Shown here one piece after another: positions 1-19,056 of a stretch of 64,000 bases of DNA. The notes under the pieces are model-generated. The model was not told where the DNA came from, did no database searches, and saw only the letters and a list, made by a program, of their open reading frames with translations. The stretch lies in NCBI RefSeq assembly GCF_009914755.1, contig NC_060930.1. The stretch is one strand, 5' to 3'. The translations under genes and the position numbers were made by a program. Source of the DNA: the human T2T-CHM13v2.0 reference genome, Homo sapiens. The first letter of the stretch is position 1. Every line of letters begins with the position of its first letter.

Positions 1-3881
<3,881 letters not shown>

Positions 3882-5350
3882 GATCAGTGCAGAGATAAAT
3901 AAAATTAAAATGAAGAAAACAATACAAAAGATAAATGAAATAAAAATACGTTTTTTTTAGCAAAGATATACAAAGTCAACAAAGACTTTTAGCTGTACTA
4001 ACTATGAAGAAAAGAGAGAAGACCCAAATAAATAAAAGAAGAGATGAAAAAGGAGACATTACAACTGAAATTCAAAGGATCATTTCAGGCTACTGTGAGC
4101 AACTATTAAGTACATGGCAATATTCTGGAGAACTTAGAAGAAATAAATGAATTTCTAGACAAATATTAATACAACCTACCAAGATTGAAGCATAAAGAAA
4201 TCCAAACCCTGAATAGACCAAAAACAAATAAGAAGAACAAATCCATAATAAAAAATTTCCCAGCAAAAAGAGCCCAGGACCTGATGACTTCACTGCTGAA
4301 TTCTACCTAACATTTAAAGAGAACTTATACCAATTCTACTCAAACTATTCTGAAAAAAACAGAGGAGAAAAGAATACTTCCAAACTCATTCTGTAAGGCT
4401 GTTATTACCTTGATACCCAAACCAGACAAAACATATTAAAAATAAAGAAAACTGCAGGACAATATGCCTGATGAATATTGATGCAAAAATCTTCAACAAA
4501 ATACTAGCAAACTGAATTCAACAACATATTAAAAAGATCATTCATCATGACCAAATGAGATTGATCCCAAAAACACAAGCATGGCTCAACCTATGCAAAT
4601 CAATCAATGTGATACATCATATTGATAAAATGAGGGATAAAAACTATATGATCGTTTCAAGTGATGCTGAAGAGACATTTGATAAAATTCAATATCCCTT
4701 TATAATTTAAAAAAAAAAACCTTAAAAAATTTGGTATAGAAGAAACATACCTCAATACAATAAAAGGTCATGTACAACAGATCCACAGCTAGTATAATAA
4801 TGAATGGGGAAATACTGAAAGCCTTTCCTCTATGTTCTGGAACACAACAAGAATGCCCATTTTCATCACTGCTGTTCCACATAGTACTGGAAGTCCTAGC
4901 TACAGCAATCAGACAAGAGAAAAAAAATAAAGGGCATCCAAGTGGAAAAGGAGAGAGTCAAATTATTCTTGTTTGTAGATAATATAATCTTATTTTTGGA
5001 AAAATACAAGATTCCACAAAAAATCTATTAAACTGATAAGTTCAGTAAAGTTGCAGGATATAAAATCAACATATGAAAATCAGTAGCATTTCTATATATC
5101 AACAGTTGACAATATGAAAAAGAAATCAAATAAGTAATTTAATTTAAAATAGCGACAAATAAAGTTAAATACTTAGGAATTTACTTAACCAAAGAAGTGA
5201 AAGATCTCTACAATAAAAACTATAAAACATTTATGTAAGAAATTGAAGAGGACACCAAAAATATGGAAATATATTTCATGTTCACAGATTGGATTAATAT
5301 TGTTAAACTGTCCATACTACCCAAAGCAATCCATAGATTCAATGCAACCC

Positions 5351-5742
5351 TGATATAGTTTGAATGTATGTAGGCACCAAAATCTCATGTTGAACTTTAA
5401 TCCCCAGTGTTGGAGGTGGAGCCTGGTGTAAGATGTTTAGATTATGAAGGTGAATCCCTCATGAACGGCTTGGGCCATCTGCTTGGTGATAAGTGAGCTC
5501 TTGTTCTGAGTTCACATGAGATACAGTCATTTAAAAGCCTGTGGTACCCAAACTCTCTCTTGCTCTTGCTTCTGTTCACGCCATGTGATATACCTGCTAT
5601 CCTTTGCCTTTGCCTTCTGCCATGATTGGAAGCTTCCTGAGTCCTCCCCAGAAACAGATGTAACTATGCTTCCTGTACAGCCTGCAGAACCAAGAACAAA
5701 CTGAAACTCTTTTGTTATAAATTGCCCAGGATTAGGTGGGTG

Positions 5743-5773
<31 letters not shown>

Positions 5774-6091
5774 GAGATGGAGTCTCGCTCTGTCTCCCAG
5801 GCTGGAGTGCAATGATACAATCTCGGCTCACTGCAACCTCCACCTCCACGTTCAAGCAATTCTCCTGCCTCAGCCTCCTGAGTAGCTGGGATTACAGGCG
5901 CACGCCATCATGCCCGGCTAATTTTTGTATTTTTAGTAGAGACGGGGTTTCACCACATTGGTCAGGCTGGTCTCGAACTCCTGACCTCATGATCCACCCG
6001 CCTTGGCCTCCCAAAGTGCTGGGATTACAGGCGTAAGCCACCATGCCCAGCCAGGTGGTTTTTTATAGTAGTGCAAGAATGGCCGAATACA
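5351..6091 (+). mobile_element. MaLR solo LTR (MSTA/MSTB-like) with 5-bp TSD AACCC
   Basis: Starts 'tgatatagtttg', ends 'ccgaataca'. AACCC at 5346-5350 and 6092-6096. The host L1 reads continuously across it. Confidence 0.9.
5741..6052 (-). mobile_element. AluS (Sg/Sc-like) nested in the MST LTR; tail converted to (TTTTG)n
   Basis: Full dimeric Alu in antisense, with 'aggtgg' repeated on both sides. Confidence 0.95.
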
Positions 6092-9000
6092 AACCCCTAT
6101 CAAAATACCAATGACATTTGTCAGGGACATTTTTAAAAATTCTGAAATTTATATGGAACCACAAAAGACCCAGAATAGCCAAAACTAACCTGAGCAAAAA
6201 GAACAAACCTGGAAGAATCACATTACCTGACTTCAAAGTGTACTACAGAGCTCTTATAATCAAAACATCATGGTACTAGCATAACAACAGACACATAGAC
6301 CAATGGAACACAATAGAGAACCCAGAAACAAATCCATACACCTACTGTGAACTCATTTTTGACAAAGGTGCCAAGAACATACATGGGAGAAAGGACAGTA
6401 TCTCCAAATAAATGGTGCTGAGAAAAGTGGATATACATATGCATAAGAATGTAACTAGACCCCTATCTCTTGCTGTATACAAAAGTCAAACAAAAATTGA
6501 TTAAAGGCTTTAAAACTTCCAACTATGAAACTAATGTAAGAAAACATTGGAGAAACTCTCCATGACATTAGACTGGGAAACATTTCTTGAGTAATACCCC
6601 ACAAGCACAGGCGACCAAAGTAAAAATGGACAAATTGGATCACATTAAGTTAAAAAGCTTCCACATAGAAAAGAAAACAACAAAGTGAAGAGATAAGACA
6701 ACCCACAAGGTGGGAGAAAATATTTGCAAACTACCCATCGGACAAGGGATTAATAATCAGAATACATAAGCAGCTCAAACAACTCTATGGGAAAAAGATA
6801 TAATAATCCAACTTAAAAATTAGCAAAAATCTAAATAGACATTTCTCAAAAGAAGACCCACAAATGGCAAACAAGTATACGAAAAAGTGCTCAACATCAC
6901 CAATCATCAGAGATATGCAAATTAAACTAAAATGAGATATTATCTCATCTCAGTTAAAATGGCTTTTATCCAAAAGACAGGCAATAATAAGTGATGGCAG
7001 AATGTGGAGAAAAGTCAACCTTTGTACAATCTTAGTGGGAATGTAAATTAGTACAACCACTATATAGAACAGTTTGGAGGTTCCACCAAAAACTAAAAAT
7101 AGAGCTTCCATATGATATAGCAATCCCACTGCTACAAAAAAGGAAAAAAAATAAAGAACATCCAAACTGAAAAGGAGAAAGTAAAATTATTCTTGTTTGC
7201 AGATAATATGGTCTTATATTTGGAAAAACCTGAGGAGTCTGCTCTCCTATGTTTATTGCAGCACTGTTCACTGTAGTGAAGATTTGGAAGCAAGCTTAGT
7301 GTCCATCAACAGATGACTAGATGAAGAAAATGTGGTACATATACACAGGGGAGTACTATTCAGCCATAAAAATAATGGGATTCTGTCATTTGCAAAAACA
7401 TGGATAGAACTGGCAATCATTATGTTAAGTGAAATAAGCTAGAGATAGAAAGACAAACACTGCATGTTCTCACTTATTTATAAGAGTTTATTTTATAAAT
7501 TAGAACTTTGGTACACTTCTAATTTATAAAAATTAAAACAATTGAACTCATGGAGACAGAGAGTTAGAATCATGGTTACCAGAGGCAGGGAAGGGTAGTA
7601 CGGGGTTTGGCGAGCAGCGGTGGTTAATGTGCACAAAGATATAATTAGATAGAATGAATAAGATCTTGTATTTGATAGCACAATAGGGTGACTGCAGTCA
7701 ACAATAATTTATTGTACAACAATAAATACAACTAAACAACTAAAATAGTATAATTGGATTGTTTGTAATACAAAAAAAGGATAAAAGCTTAATGTAGTGG
7801 ATACCCCATTTACTCTGATGTGGTTATTATGCATTGCATGCCTGTATCAAAATGTCTTACGTACTCCACAAATACATACACCTCCTATGTACTCACAAAA
7901 ATTAAAAATTAAAAAAACAAATAATTATTAAGCATATAAAATTGGGAACTTTATCAAAGAAGCAAACACTATATTTAAACATATGGAAATAAGTATTGTT
8001 TGAAAGTACTTAAATCATACTTACAACAATACATTAACATTAAATATATTTTTTTCCCACTGACCTTTGACTAATTATGTGATGTAGACATGAACATTTG
8101 ATTTTCTGTGTATAAGTCCATCCTTACATGTTAAACAATTATTCAATTGCAAATATCTGGACAATAATTGTTGGAATTTTCACCAAATATGTAAAACTAG
8201 AAATTAGAGTTTTTTCAAGTTTTAGCAAATTAAAAATATTAATAACCTGATAAAATTTTAATAATATAAACATACATTTATTTTGTAAGAGTGGTAAGAT
8301 TATCTGTGGACTTCTCATATAATGCTATGCATATCCTTGGATTGCTTTATGCTGTGGCAACAGGTATTCAAAGCCAATGGTGAACATGGCATGTAGCTTC
8401 CTGGAATTTATTTTATATTCTAAGATTTAGAGGAGCAAATGCATTATTTTATATTAAAATAGACATAGGCATATTATAAACTAAAATTGGCATAAAATTT
8501 TAGGATAAAATTATATTTATTTGTAATTTTTTTAGTACAACCAACCAGTTACAGCCATGTTTCTGATTTTCAGAAAATGATTACTGATCTTTATTTTTTT
8601 TGGTGAGAATTTTAAGAAGTATTAGATTATTTCTTTTCCAGTTCTTAATAAAATACTTGCATGTATTTATAATACCATCATTCTTTCTGGATAATTTTAT
8701 GAGTAATCTTTAACTAACATATCTCTTCGATAAATAAACATAATTGGCCATGAACAAGACTATTAGGTGACTAATAACTCCCACTCCCCAGGCAGCTCGT
8801 AATCACAAAATTGAACCTATGAAATTATTAGCTACTTTGGAAATGCACTTTTAAAAGAATGGTTTAGCTTGTAAATGCAAATGAAAATTATTCTAAGTAG
8901 GAGAAACTACTTAACAGATTGTATTAATTGATTTTCTTACAAATATCCATAACACACAATTTGTGAAACGTGTAGGGATTTTTTCTGTCACACTGTATAG

Positions 9001-9300
9001 TAAATTAGAGGTTTTGCAGAGTGAAGAGCTGAAGAGATTTGAGAATATGTTGCTAACTCCTATGTTTTTAATTATAAGAAACCTTTTATAAATTTCATAA
9101 ATTTCTGAAAAATAAGTGAATTTTGTGGCATTAGTTAAAAATAGGTACCTGAATTCAATCAAGTAGAAAACTTATTCCATATTATTCCATTCATCATTGA
9201 TTTCAATACCACGAACAATTCTATCTGCCCGTGGTCTGGTCACAGAATATCTGCCCGTGGTCTGGTCCTCCATGCATGGAGGACGTGCAAAGCTCTAAAC

Positions 9301-9607
9301 CAAGGACCAGCAAACTATAGCCCATAGGCAAAACCTAATACTGCTTGTTATTATATTGCCTATGTGCTTAGAATGGTTTTGCCATTACGAAATAATTAAA
9401 AGAAAAGTCAAAAGAACATTTCATTACATATGAAAATTATATGAAATTCTACTTTCAATGTCCATAAAAATTTATCCACAATTGTTTATTGTCTATGGTT
9501 GCTTTCATGCTGTAACAGCAGAGTTGAACAGTTGTGACAAAACCATAGAACTACAAAGCCTAAATATTTATTATCTGACCCTTCATAGAAAATTTTGCCA
9601 CCCCATG
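9301..9607. mobile_element. MER58B (hAT-Charlie DNA transposon remnant)
   Basis: 'cagcaaactatagccc...gaaaattatatgaaattc...cagagttgaacagttgtgaca...aaagcctaaatatttattatctgaccc...ttttgccacccc' matches MER58B. Confidence 0.85.
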
Positions 9608-10189
9608 GTGAAGATTTTTTTCTTGGTAGATATTTGTTCTTAAAGTCTGTAAGTTTTACTTCACCAGATGCTTCCTCTTGTATCTGGAACTCAGTATTGT
9701 CCAAGAACATATTTTACTTATTCAAACATTTGTGGCATTTTCTAGTCAAGATTTTAGTCACTTTCTAGTGGAAATTTAACTCAACTTATTTTCTCTAGGA
9801 TGTCATCATTACTACAACTAAATAAGTAGAGATTTACTAAGCAATTACGTATCTGTTCTTAAAAAAAACTTTAAAAAAACAACAAAAAAAGCTTTTATAT
9901 AAATAAGTATTCTGGGTTTCTGTTAATTTCACATAAATTTAAAAATCTCAATCATGACAACAATTAGTTGAATTTAAATCATAAACCCATAGCCAAATAC
10001 ATTATTATTAAATTTTGGCACACCTCTTTAATTCAAAAGCAGGCTTAATTGATTTTTTAATGTAAATCGTAGGGGTCATTACATTTTTAAAAAAATAACA
10101 ACTTTTACAGGTGATGGAATGAAATCTTTGGCTTCTGAGAAGAATTAGATACACTTTTCCCAATTCCCCCAGGTAAATACTAAAATCCC

Positions 10190-11485
10190 TGGACCTTATA
10201 TATAGAACAGACTGAACGGTGGAGAGAATGAAGACTAGTCAAGAAACTTAAAGTGCAAGTAACAACACAGTGGTGAGTTCCCTGGGATTTCCTCTTTCTC
10301 TCTTTCTCTTTCTCTCTCTATCTCTTTTTTTTTTTTTTTTCTCGTCACCTAGAGCTAAAGAAGCTGACAACACAGAAACATCAACTGGAACAAGCAAGAA
10401 AAGCTCTAACAAAAGTCTATGCTCTCTCTCTCTAGCCATAGGATCAGGAAAGGGGCAGGCAAAACAGACAACTTTCAGTCAATAACTGCTCTATTCCAAC
10501 CAAACAACAAAGAAACACTTTGGTGTTTTTCCTACTCACGGCACTTGAGCTGGGAGTGTAGACTTTAATGCTACCAGGATATAAGGAGGCAACCTTATCC
10601 TACTACTGTGATGGTGCCAGAAAAGCAGCGCAGAGAGCCAGGACGTTCAATTCTAACGATAATAAGGGAGTCTCACCCAATATACAGTGTCAGTGGAGAT
10701 CAAACATCCCTGCAAGTAACAAAATGTTCCTGGAGGGATGTCAGAGGAGGCCTAGTGGAAAGTCAGTATTTTTATCACCACTAAGCACAAAGCGGGCTTA
10801 CCTCCTCTGCCTCTTGCCCCCATGGTGTCAATGAAAGCCACCTGGGAGGAGTAATGAGCCATTCTTCTTGCTATCATCCAAGAAACTATCAGTGGAGCTG
10901 TAATGGAGAGCCAAAAATCACACACCTGCCAAGAGTAACAAGCAATCACACCCGCTTCAGGTGCCAACAGAAATTGAATGGGTAATCTACATGTCCACTC
11001 CTACTTGGCAGTAATGAGGTAGCCTCTTTTCCTTCCCCTGCTACAGCAGCATTGAAGGAAGCTGGCTCAAATATTGGTGTAACCTCCAGAGACTCATGAT
11101 GTAATTCCTAAAATGCAAAAGTTTCAATGGAAAAATCATACATATTTAAAAAACCCTAAAAATCTCAAACAGAATGAGAAAAGACAATCAATAGATGCTA
11201 ACACATACAAGACAGAAATGTTAGAATTGTCTGACACAGTAAAAATTTTCAACAGGCAATTGCAAGCACACTTCAAACAAATGAAAAACAAAATAGAAAC
11301 CCATACTAAAGAAATAGAAAGTCTCAGCAAGAAAATAAAATATATAAAGAAAACCAAGTAGATGTTTTAGAATGAAAAATGCAATAACCAAAATAAAAAA
11401 CTCAATGAGTAAGCTCAAAAGCAGAATGGAGGTGTCAAAAGGAAAGAACTAGTGAACTGGAATACAAATTGCCCATTCTAAATAA
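10190..11485 (+). mobile_element. Old L1 (L1MC/L1MD-type) 5' region and ORF1 start
   Basis: A-rich ORF1-like coiled-coil remnant (11113-11361 'KTEMLELSD...KEIESLSKKIKYIKK'). Boundaries approximate. Confidence 0.6.
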
Positions 11486-12996
11486 TGTCCTGGAAACAGT
11501 TATTTCTCTAAGGACCGCATTTTATTTTACTGGAGAATGGTGTTAGAACACAAGATCTATGTCCTACATGTGCTTCTTGCTACTGAAGTGGTGGTTTTAT
11601 TCCAGATTCTCTTGGTTGACAGAACAAGAAAATATTTGTGTGTATATAGACTTACCAATAAAAATTTCTACATGTAGCCATTTCTGTTTTAAGCTAAACA
11701 TGAGTTCATTCTGATGTGTCCAATAGTAATCAGTTATCACATGGACCATTCTAGCCTCCTCCTCCTGCTTATCTGTAAGGTCATAATTCAGCAGTGAGAA
11801 ACCTGGCATCCATCTGCCATTGTTCCATTCCAATAGATAGGTACAATGTTTTCAGAATTGTTAACCTATACTCCATGGAAAAGAACTTTACTAGAGTACA
11901 GTATGTGTGTACAGTTCACTTAGTGTTATAGATTCATTCATTCTAAAGTTACTTAGGTTATTACTTTATCATCCCCCACCCCCAGAAACATTGTTTCATA
12001 CATATATGAGACTTTTAAAGTATGTTGTTACATTCTGCATTCTTTCTTGGGATTGCCCAGACAGCTAAATGATTTTTTTTCAATTTGTATACATTAAGGC
12101 TTACTGTTTGTGCTGTAAACTTGTATGGGTCTTCACAAGTGCTTAACGTATTGTAGTCACCATTATAGTAAGATATAGAATAATTTCACCATTAAAAAAA
12201 ATCCTCTGTGCTTCACTTATCCAAACCTACCCCTGTTTACTACACACCCTGCTAACCACTGATCTTTTTACCTTCTCTTTAGTTTTGCCTTTTCCAGAAT
12301 GTCTCATGATTGGAATAACATGATATGTAGCTTTTTTTGCACTGGATTCTTTCACTTAGTAGTGTTGTTTTCTATACATTGACAGAGGCTTCTTTTTCTG
12401 CTTTATCTAGTTTTAACTCAGCATTTTATATGATTCCATTGCATCTCTTCTGTCGGTATTTAAATTATACTTCTTCAAACATTTTTATTTGCTGCCCTAA
12501 AGTTTACAATATAAATTTTTAAATAATCTTAGTCTACCTTGAAGTAATACTATTTAGTTTCACATATAATGCACATATCTTATTACAGAATGTTCCCAAT
12601 TACTCCTTCCCATCCCTTGAGACATTGTTGTCATTTTATTATTGAATGCTATGATCACCCAATATATTTTTACCAGTATTACTTTAAATAAACAATTATC
12701 TCTTAGATAAATTTAAAAATACTCATACACACTCACCCTTCATTCATTCCTTTTCCAATGCTCTTCCTTTCTTTACATAAATCTAAGTTTCTGATCTATA
12801 TAATTTTGCTTTTGCTTAAAGAAATTAACATTTTTTTGCAGGGCAGAACTGCTTGCAATAAATTCTCTGTTTTTCTTTGTCGGGGAAAAGGTTTATTTTT
12901 CATTCACTGGGTGAAGAATTCCAGGTTGGTGGGTTTTTTTAAAAAATTTAACAATTTAAATATTTTACTTCTCTTTCTCTCTGTTTTTTATTTTTC

Positions 12997-13027
<31 letters not shown>

Positions 13028-14730
13028 TTTGGCATGGCTTCTCACAAGAAGCCCACTGTAATTTTCTTTGTTCTATAAGTAAGATGTTTTTCCTACCTAT
13101 ACCTTCTTTATAGATTTTCTTTTTGCCTTTGTTTGTTTTTTTTTTTTTTTTTCTATTTAAGTATCATATACCTCAGTATAGTTCTTACAGCATTTATCTT
13201 GTTTGGTGTTCTCTGAGCTTCCTGGATCTATAATATGGTTTCTGTCATTAATTCTGAAAGTTTGCAGCCATTAATTCTCTATATATTTCTTATGCTCCTT
13301 TCTCTTTTCCTTCTTAATCTTGTATTCCAATTACATATATGTTATATCTCTTGAAATTATCCCATGGTTTTTAAAATATTCTCAGGGGTTCTTTGGTTTT
13401 GCTTTTTTTTCCTGTCTCTCCGAATTTCAGTTTGGAATATTTTCTGTGGATCTAACTTCATGCTCACCTATTCTTTCCTGGGCTGCTTCCAGTCTACTGA
13501 TGAACTCACTCAATGCATACTTCATTTCTGTTATACTGTTTGCTTATTTTTTAGTATTTTTATTGTTTCTTAATTTTTTCATTTCCTTGCTTATATTTTA
13601 CATATTTTCTTATATTTTGTCTACTTTTTTGTCAGAGATTTTAATATATTAATCCTATTTTAAATATTTTGAAAGTCTGTCTGATAATTTTAATATCTGT
13701 GTCTCATCTGACCCTATTTTTCATGACTGCTTTTCACTGTTTAGTCTGTGTTTTCTCTTTGCCTCTAGTGTGCCTTATAGTTTCTTGTTAAATGTCATAC
13801 ATGTTTCGGGTAATAGGTGCTCAGGTGAATAAGCCTCTATTGTTAGAATTTGTGTTGATTTAGTTAGGAGTTGGGCTTTACTTAATGTTTACCTTGGCTA
13901 TAGGTGTCAGAGGGTGCATATTCCTCTAATGTCTTTGTTTTTGTCTCCCCTGTTGTCTTTGGGCTGCCTTAAGTATTTCTCTTCAGACAGAGTCTGTGCT
14001 TTGAAGGTCTTTTAGCTGTAATTCACTATTATGATAATGAAACTTGTTGGTGTGTGGCAAGATGTGGGGCAGGGGAGTGTTTTGTAAATTTCTAGTGTTT
14101 TTTAGTGCACCTGTGGTGGTTCTGGCCTAAGACCTTCTTGTTTCTTCTGCATAATTTCTTCCACTCAACCTCCTTAGGTGAGGCAGGAAGAATAATGGGG
14201 GCAGAAATGGAAAGAATGTCCTTCTCTCAGAACTCTGGGACAAGACTCTGATAGTCTTCCCTCCTAGAGAGTAGGCCAAGAAAATGAAGAAGCTTCTGGG
14301 CATATTGCACAACGATTACTCTTCCCTTTCCCTACCAGAAGCACAGGGGATTTTTCTTGGATCTTCACCTGTGATCCTGGTGGGGTTCCTGAAAGTAAAT
14401 CTTATAAAAATGTGGATTTTTTTAAGACTGAAGTTTCCAGGTGTTTCTCACTCTTAAATTACACTCAGCTTTTAGCAATCAAAATTATCCTTTAAGTGCC
14501 TCTATCAGTTTGGCTCCAGTGACTTCTCCTCCAGGTAAGCAGTTCTGGGCTGTGACTCTCCAGATTCACCTCTCTCCAGATTTCGGAGTGGTGGTTTGCC
14601 CGGTGACCTCAATTCTTTGATGGGCCCGAGAAAAGAAAAGTAGAATTTTTCATTTCTACTGTTTTGTCTTGGTCTAAGGATGGGAGTAATGACTGCCAAT
14701 GCTTTCTGTATTTTAGAAATGAAACTGAAA
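11486..14730 (-). mobile_element. Old L1MC/MD in antisense: 3'UTR piece (~11486-12360) joined to inter-ORF/ORF1/5' piece (~12361-14730)
   Basis: 'ggagaatggtgttagaacacaagatct' and 'accactgatcttttt...ttttgcctttttccagaatgtc' match L1MC/MD 3' ends. T-rich antisense ORF1 follows. Confidence 0.65.
12997..13024. repeat. (ATTG)7 microsatellite
   Basis: Read directly. Confidence 0.95.
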
Positions 14731-14734
14731 TTTG

Positions 14735-16415
<1,681 letters not shown>

Positions 16416-17420
16416 TGATATAGTGAGTCTTTATTTAAAATGTTATAAATATTATAAATGCTCTATTTAAAATAGATGAGAATCATGTAAATAGAATACA
16501 TTTTCTAAAAAGTAGATGCAATAAGTACTTTTCAAACTATAAATCAGTGCTCTAGAGTTGTACAATATTTTGATATTTTTACTTAAAAATTTAGCAAGGC
16601 CTTTTCCCCCCCCAGACTTATATGGTCTTGTGGTATATAAATCAACATGCCCATTTTATAATTTCTCAAGGAGCTATTGTTTATTTCTTCTGAAACCCTA
16701 AGGTAAAAGTGCCTTTACATTTTATAACCAGTCACTTTTCTCATTTTACTTTTGAGACCGTATTTTTGTATTTTGTGTTCTCAGTCTAACTCAATGCCTA
16801 ACACCCAATAAATATATAGAGAAAGAATATAGAATGAAAGGATGAATGAATAAATAGATTAATAAATAAATGTCAAGATAATTTAAATTTATGATAACTT
16901 AGATATTATCCAGATGGATGACATTGCACTATTTCTACTTCTCACTAAAGGGAAAATGAGGACTTCCTCTGAAGCATTCACTGCCTTGAAATTTTAAGTT
17001 TGTGTGCCACTGAATCCCTTTTATCCAAGGGGAATGATTGCCAGGAAAGTAAGTTGTCATTGTCATTTTATCAGAAGCTATTTTTAGAATGGAAAATGAA
17101 ATTTGGAATCTTACAGACTTAATATATATCTTCTTTAGGTTCCCAAGTGCACAATTTTGTTTCATATAATAAGTTACAAACTCAGCAGAAAATATAACTG
17201 GCTCTAATATATGTAATAACAAATCTAGAAGAACAATGGTATTATTTAAGGATTAATATTAGATCGTTTAAAATGTAGACCTATTAGTTTTTCAGGTACA
17301 GTTGTTGGCTACTGGAAGTGTCTAAATCCATGCTGCCCCTCACATTTATGGAGCTCATACAAGCTATCTCTGCCTGAAAACCTCCTCTTTGCTTGATCCC
17401 ACAGCTGCCTGCTTCTACAG

Positions 17421-17600
17421 CAGTGGTTGTCAATCTCTACCCCATCTCAGAGAATCACCTGGGGATTTGTTAAAACATAGATTGTTGGGGACCATCTCCA
17501 AAATTTCTGATTCAGTAAGTCTTTGACAAAGCCCAAGAATTTGCATCTCTAAGTTCCCAGGTGATGCTGATGCTTCTGGTCCAGAGACCTCACTGTTAGT
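17421..17600. mobile_element. MER5A (hAT-Charlie)
   Basis: 'cagtggttgtcaa...agaatcacctgggg...tttctgattcagta...gaatttgcatctctaagttcccaggtgatgctgatg'. Confidence 0.85.
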
Positions 17601-19056
17601 CGATCTGCTTCAGGTAGCATTTTCTAAGTGTGGAACTCACATTTGTTCAATACTGAATGAGTGCTCAATAAAAATACCTAGTTTTGTGATATCTGCCTAT
17701 AAGATTCATTAAACAAGTATTTATGAAAATTCTGTTTAACATACTGTTTTTATTATGAAAAACTTTTTTAAAAAAAATTCACAACTGTGAAAACCTGGAA
17801 AGTGTTTGACAATCCCAAAACTCAAGGGCTCATAATTTTAAATTACCCAGAGAAGCAGCATTCCTTAACTGTCCAATATTTTGGTATGATTTCTATTGGT
17901 CTATATATTATTTAATATTGGCCCTAGTAAAATAATCATTTCTTAATTCTATTAATTTGATATTTTTGTTTATTATAAAACACACAATATTATTAATCAA
18001 GTTTTTATCCTTTTTTCACACGTATACTTACCCATTTTTTTCTGTCCAACTATTTCAAGTATTAGAGCCCAGAAGTTCTATTGGATGGTCCACTGATACA
18101 TTGTGAATTACCTCATGCTATATAATCACATAATTCTGAAAAAGCCATTCTAAAGCACTTTATCCTATTCTATTCTAATATAATCTCTGAAAAGGTAAAC
18201 TGATTCAGTACACAAATTAGAATATATTTTCAAGATCAGCAAATTAACACTTCATTGAATTAGTTCTCATAGCATTTCTATTTCTGTTTATTAATAAGAA
18301 CACTTTTTAAAAAGTGTGATTCTTAAATATACAATAAACTTAGGTCATATTCATTTAGACACAGGCATTTATTTTTGCCTGTAAGGTGCATTTTATTTTA
18401 TTCTGTTCAATAAGAATTCCTGTGAAGTCTCTCAGTGTAAACCAAGATGTGGCAATATTCCAAAAGCTTTTAAAGTGCCTTTCTAAAATATTGGCAGAAG
18501 ACTATGGATTTGGGTTTTTTTCTTTTTTTTTGATTGCTTGTTGCATTTTTCCATCATTCTTTTGTCTCCCTTCTTGTCTTTGGAGGATATTTGTTTGAAA
18601 ACAATTCTGGGGTTTGCCTGGAGTGCTGTGAAGCAATTGGTGGTGACAGGGAATTCCATCCTGTTTTAATGGGAATTGTTTATGATGAGGTAATTTACAC
18701 TTGAAGTGGTCAGAGGAGAGCCAGGCCTATAATTAGTGGGAGGAACATTTATCTCCCAGCAGCACAGTTCTCCCCATGGGCAGAACCCTGAAGCCAGGCA
18801 AGGACAGATGTAAACACTCTTCTCCAAGTTGGCAAAGGCTGAACATGGAATTGTTTGAGTCCAGGTAATTGTTGCCAGGGCAGTTGGCCAGGGATAGGCT
18901 AGAAAAAGCCAGTCAATATACAGCTGCCTACCATCCTGCTTTTAAGTAGTTTGCATCAGATCTCTGTGCCTTGACTTTCTGTGTATGAACAAGTCCCAGT
19001 ACTTGGTATGATTTGAAATCATTTTAAGAGTAAACAATTTTCTGGGACAAGCATAG

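Larger units (their letters stand above)
3882..7915 (+). mobile_element. Older LINE-1 (L1MA-type) ORF2 and 3' end, interrupted by an MST LTR
   Basis: Degenerate ORF2 (4770-4982 translates to RT-like 'LKAFPL..G..QECPFSSLLFHIVLEVLA'). L1MA-type 3'UTR 'gaataagatcttgtatttgatagcacaatagggtgact' and A-rich end near 7900-7915. Confidence 0.9.

Noticed and set aside
9222-9267. Direct repeats with a spacer, read as a CRISPR-like array
   Set aside because: Only two copies with a 6-bp spacer, in mammalian DNA with no cas genes.
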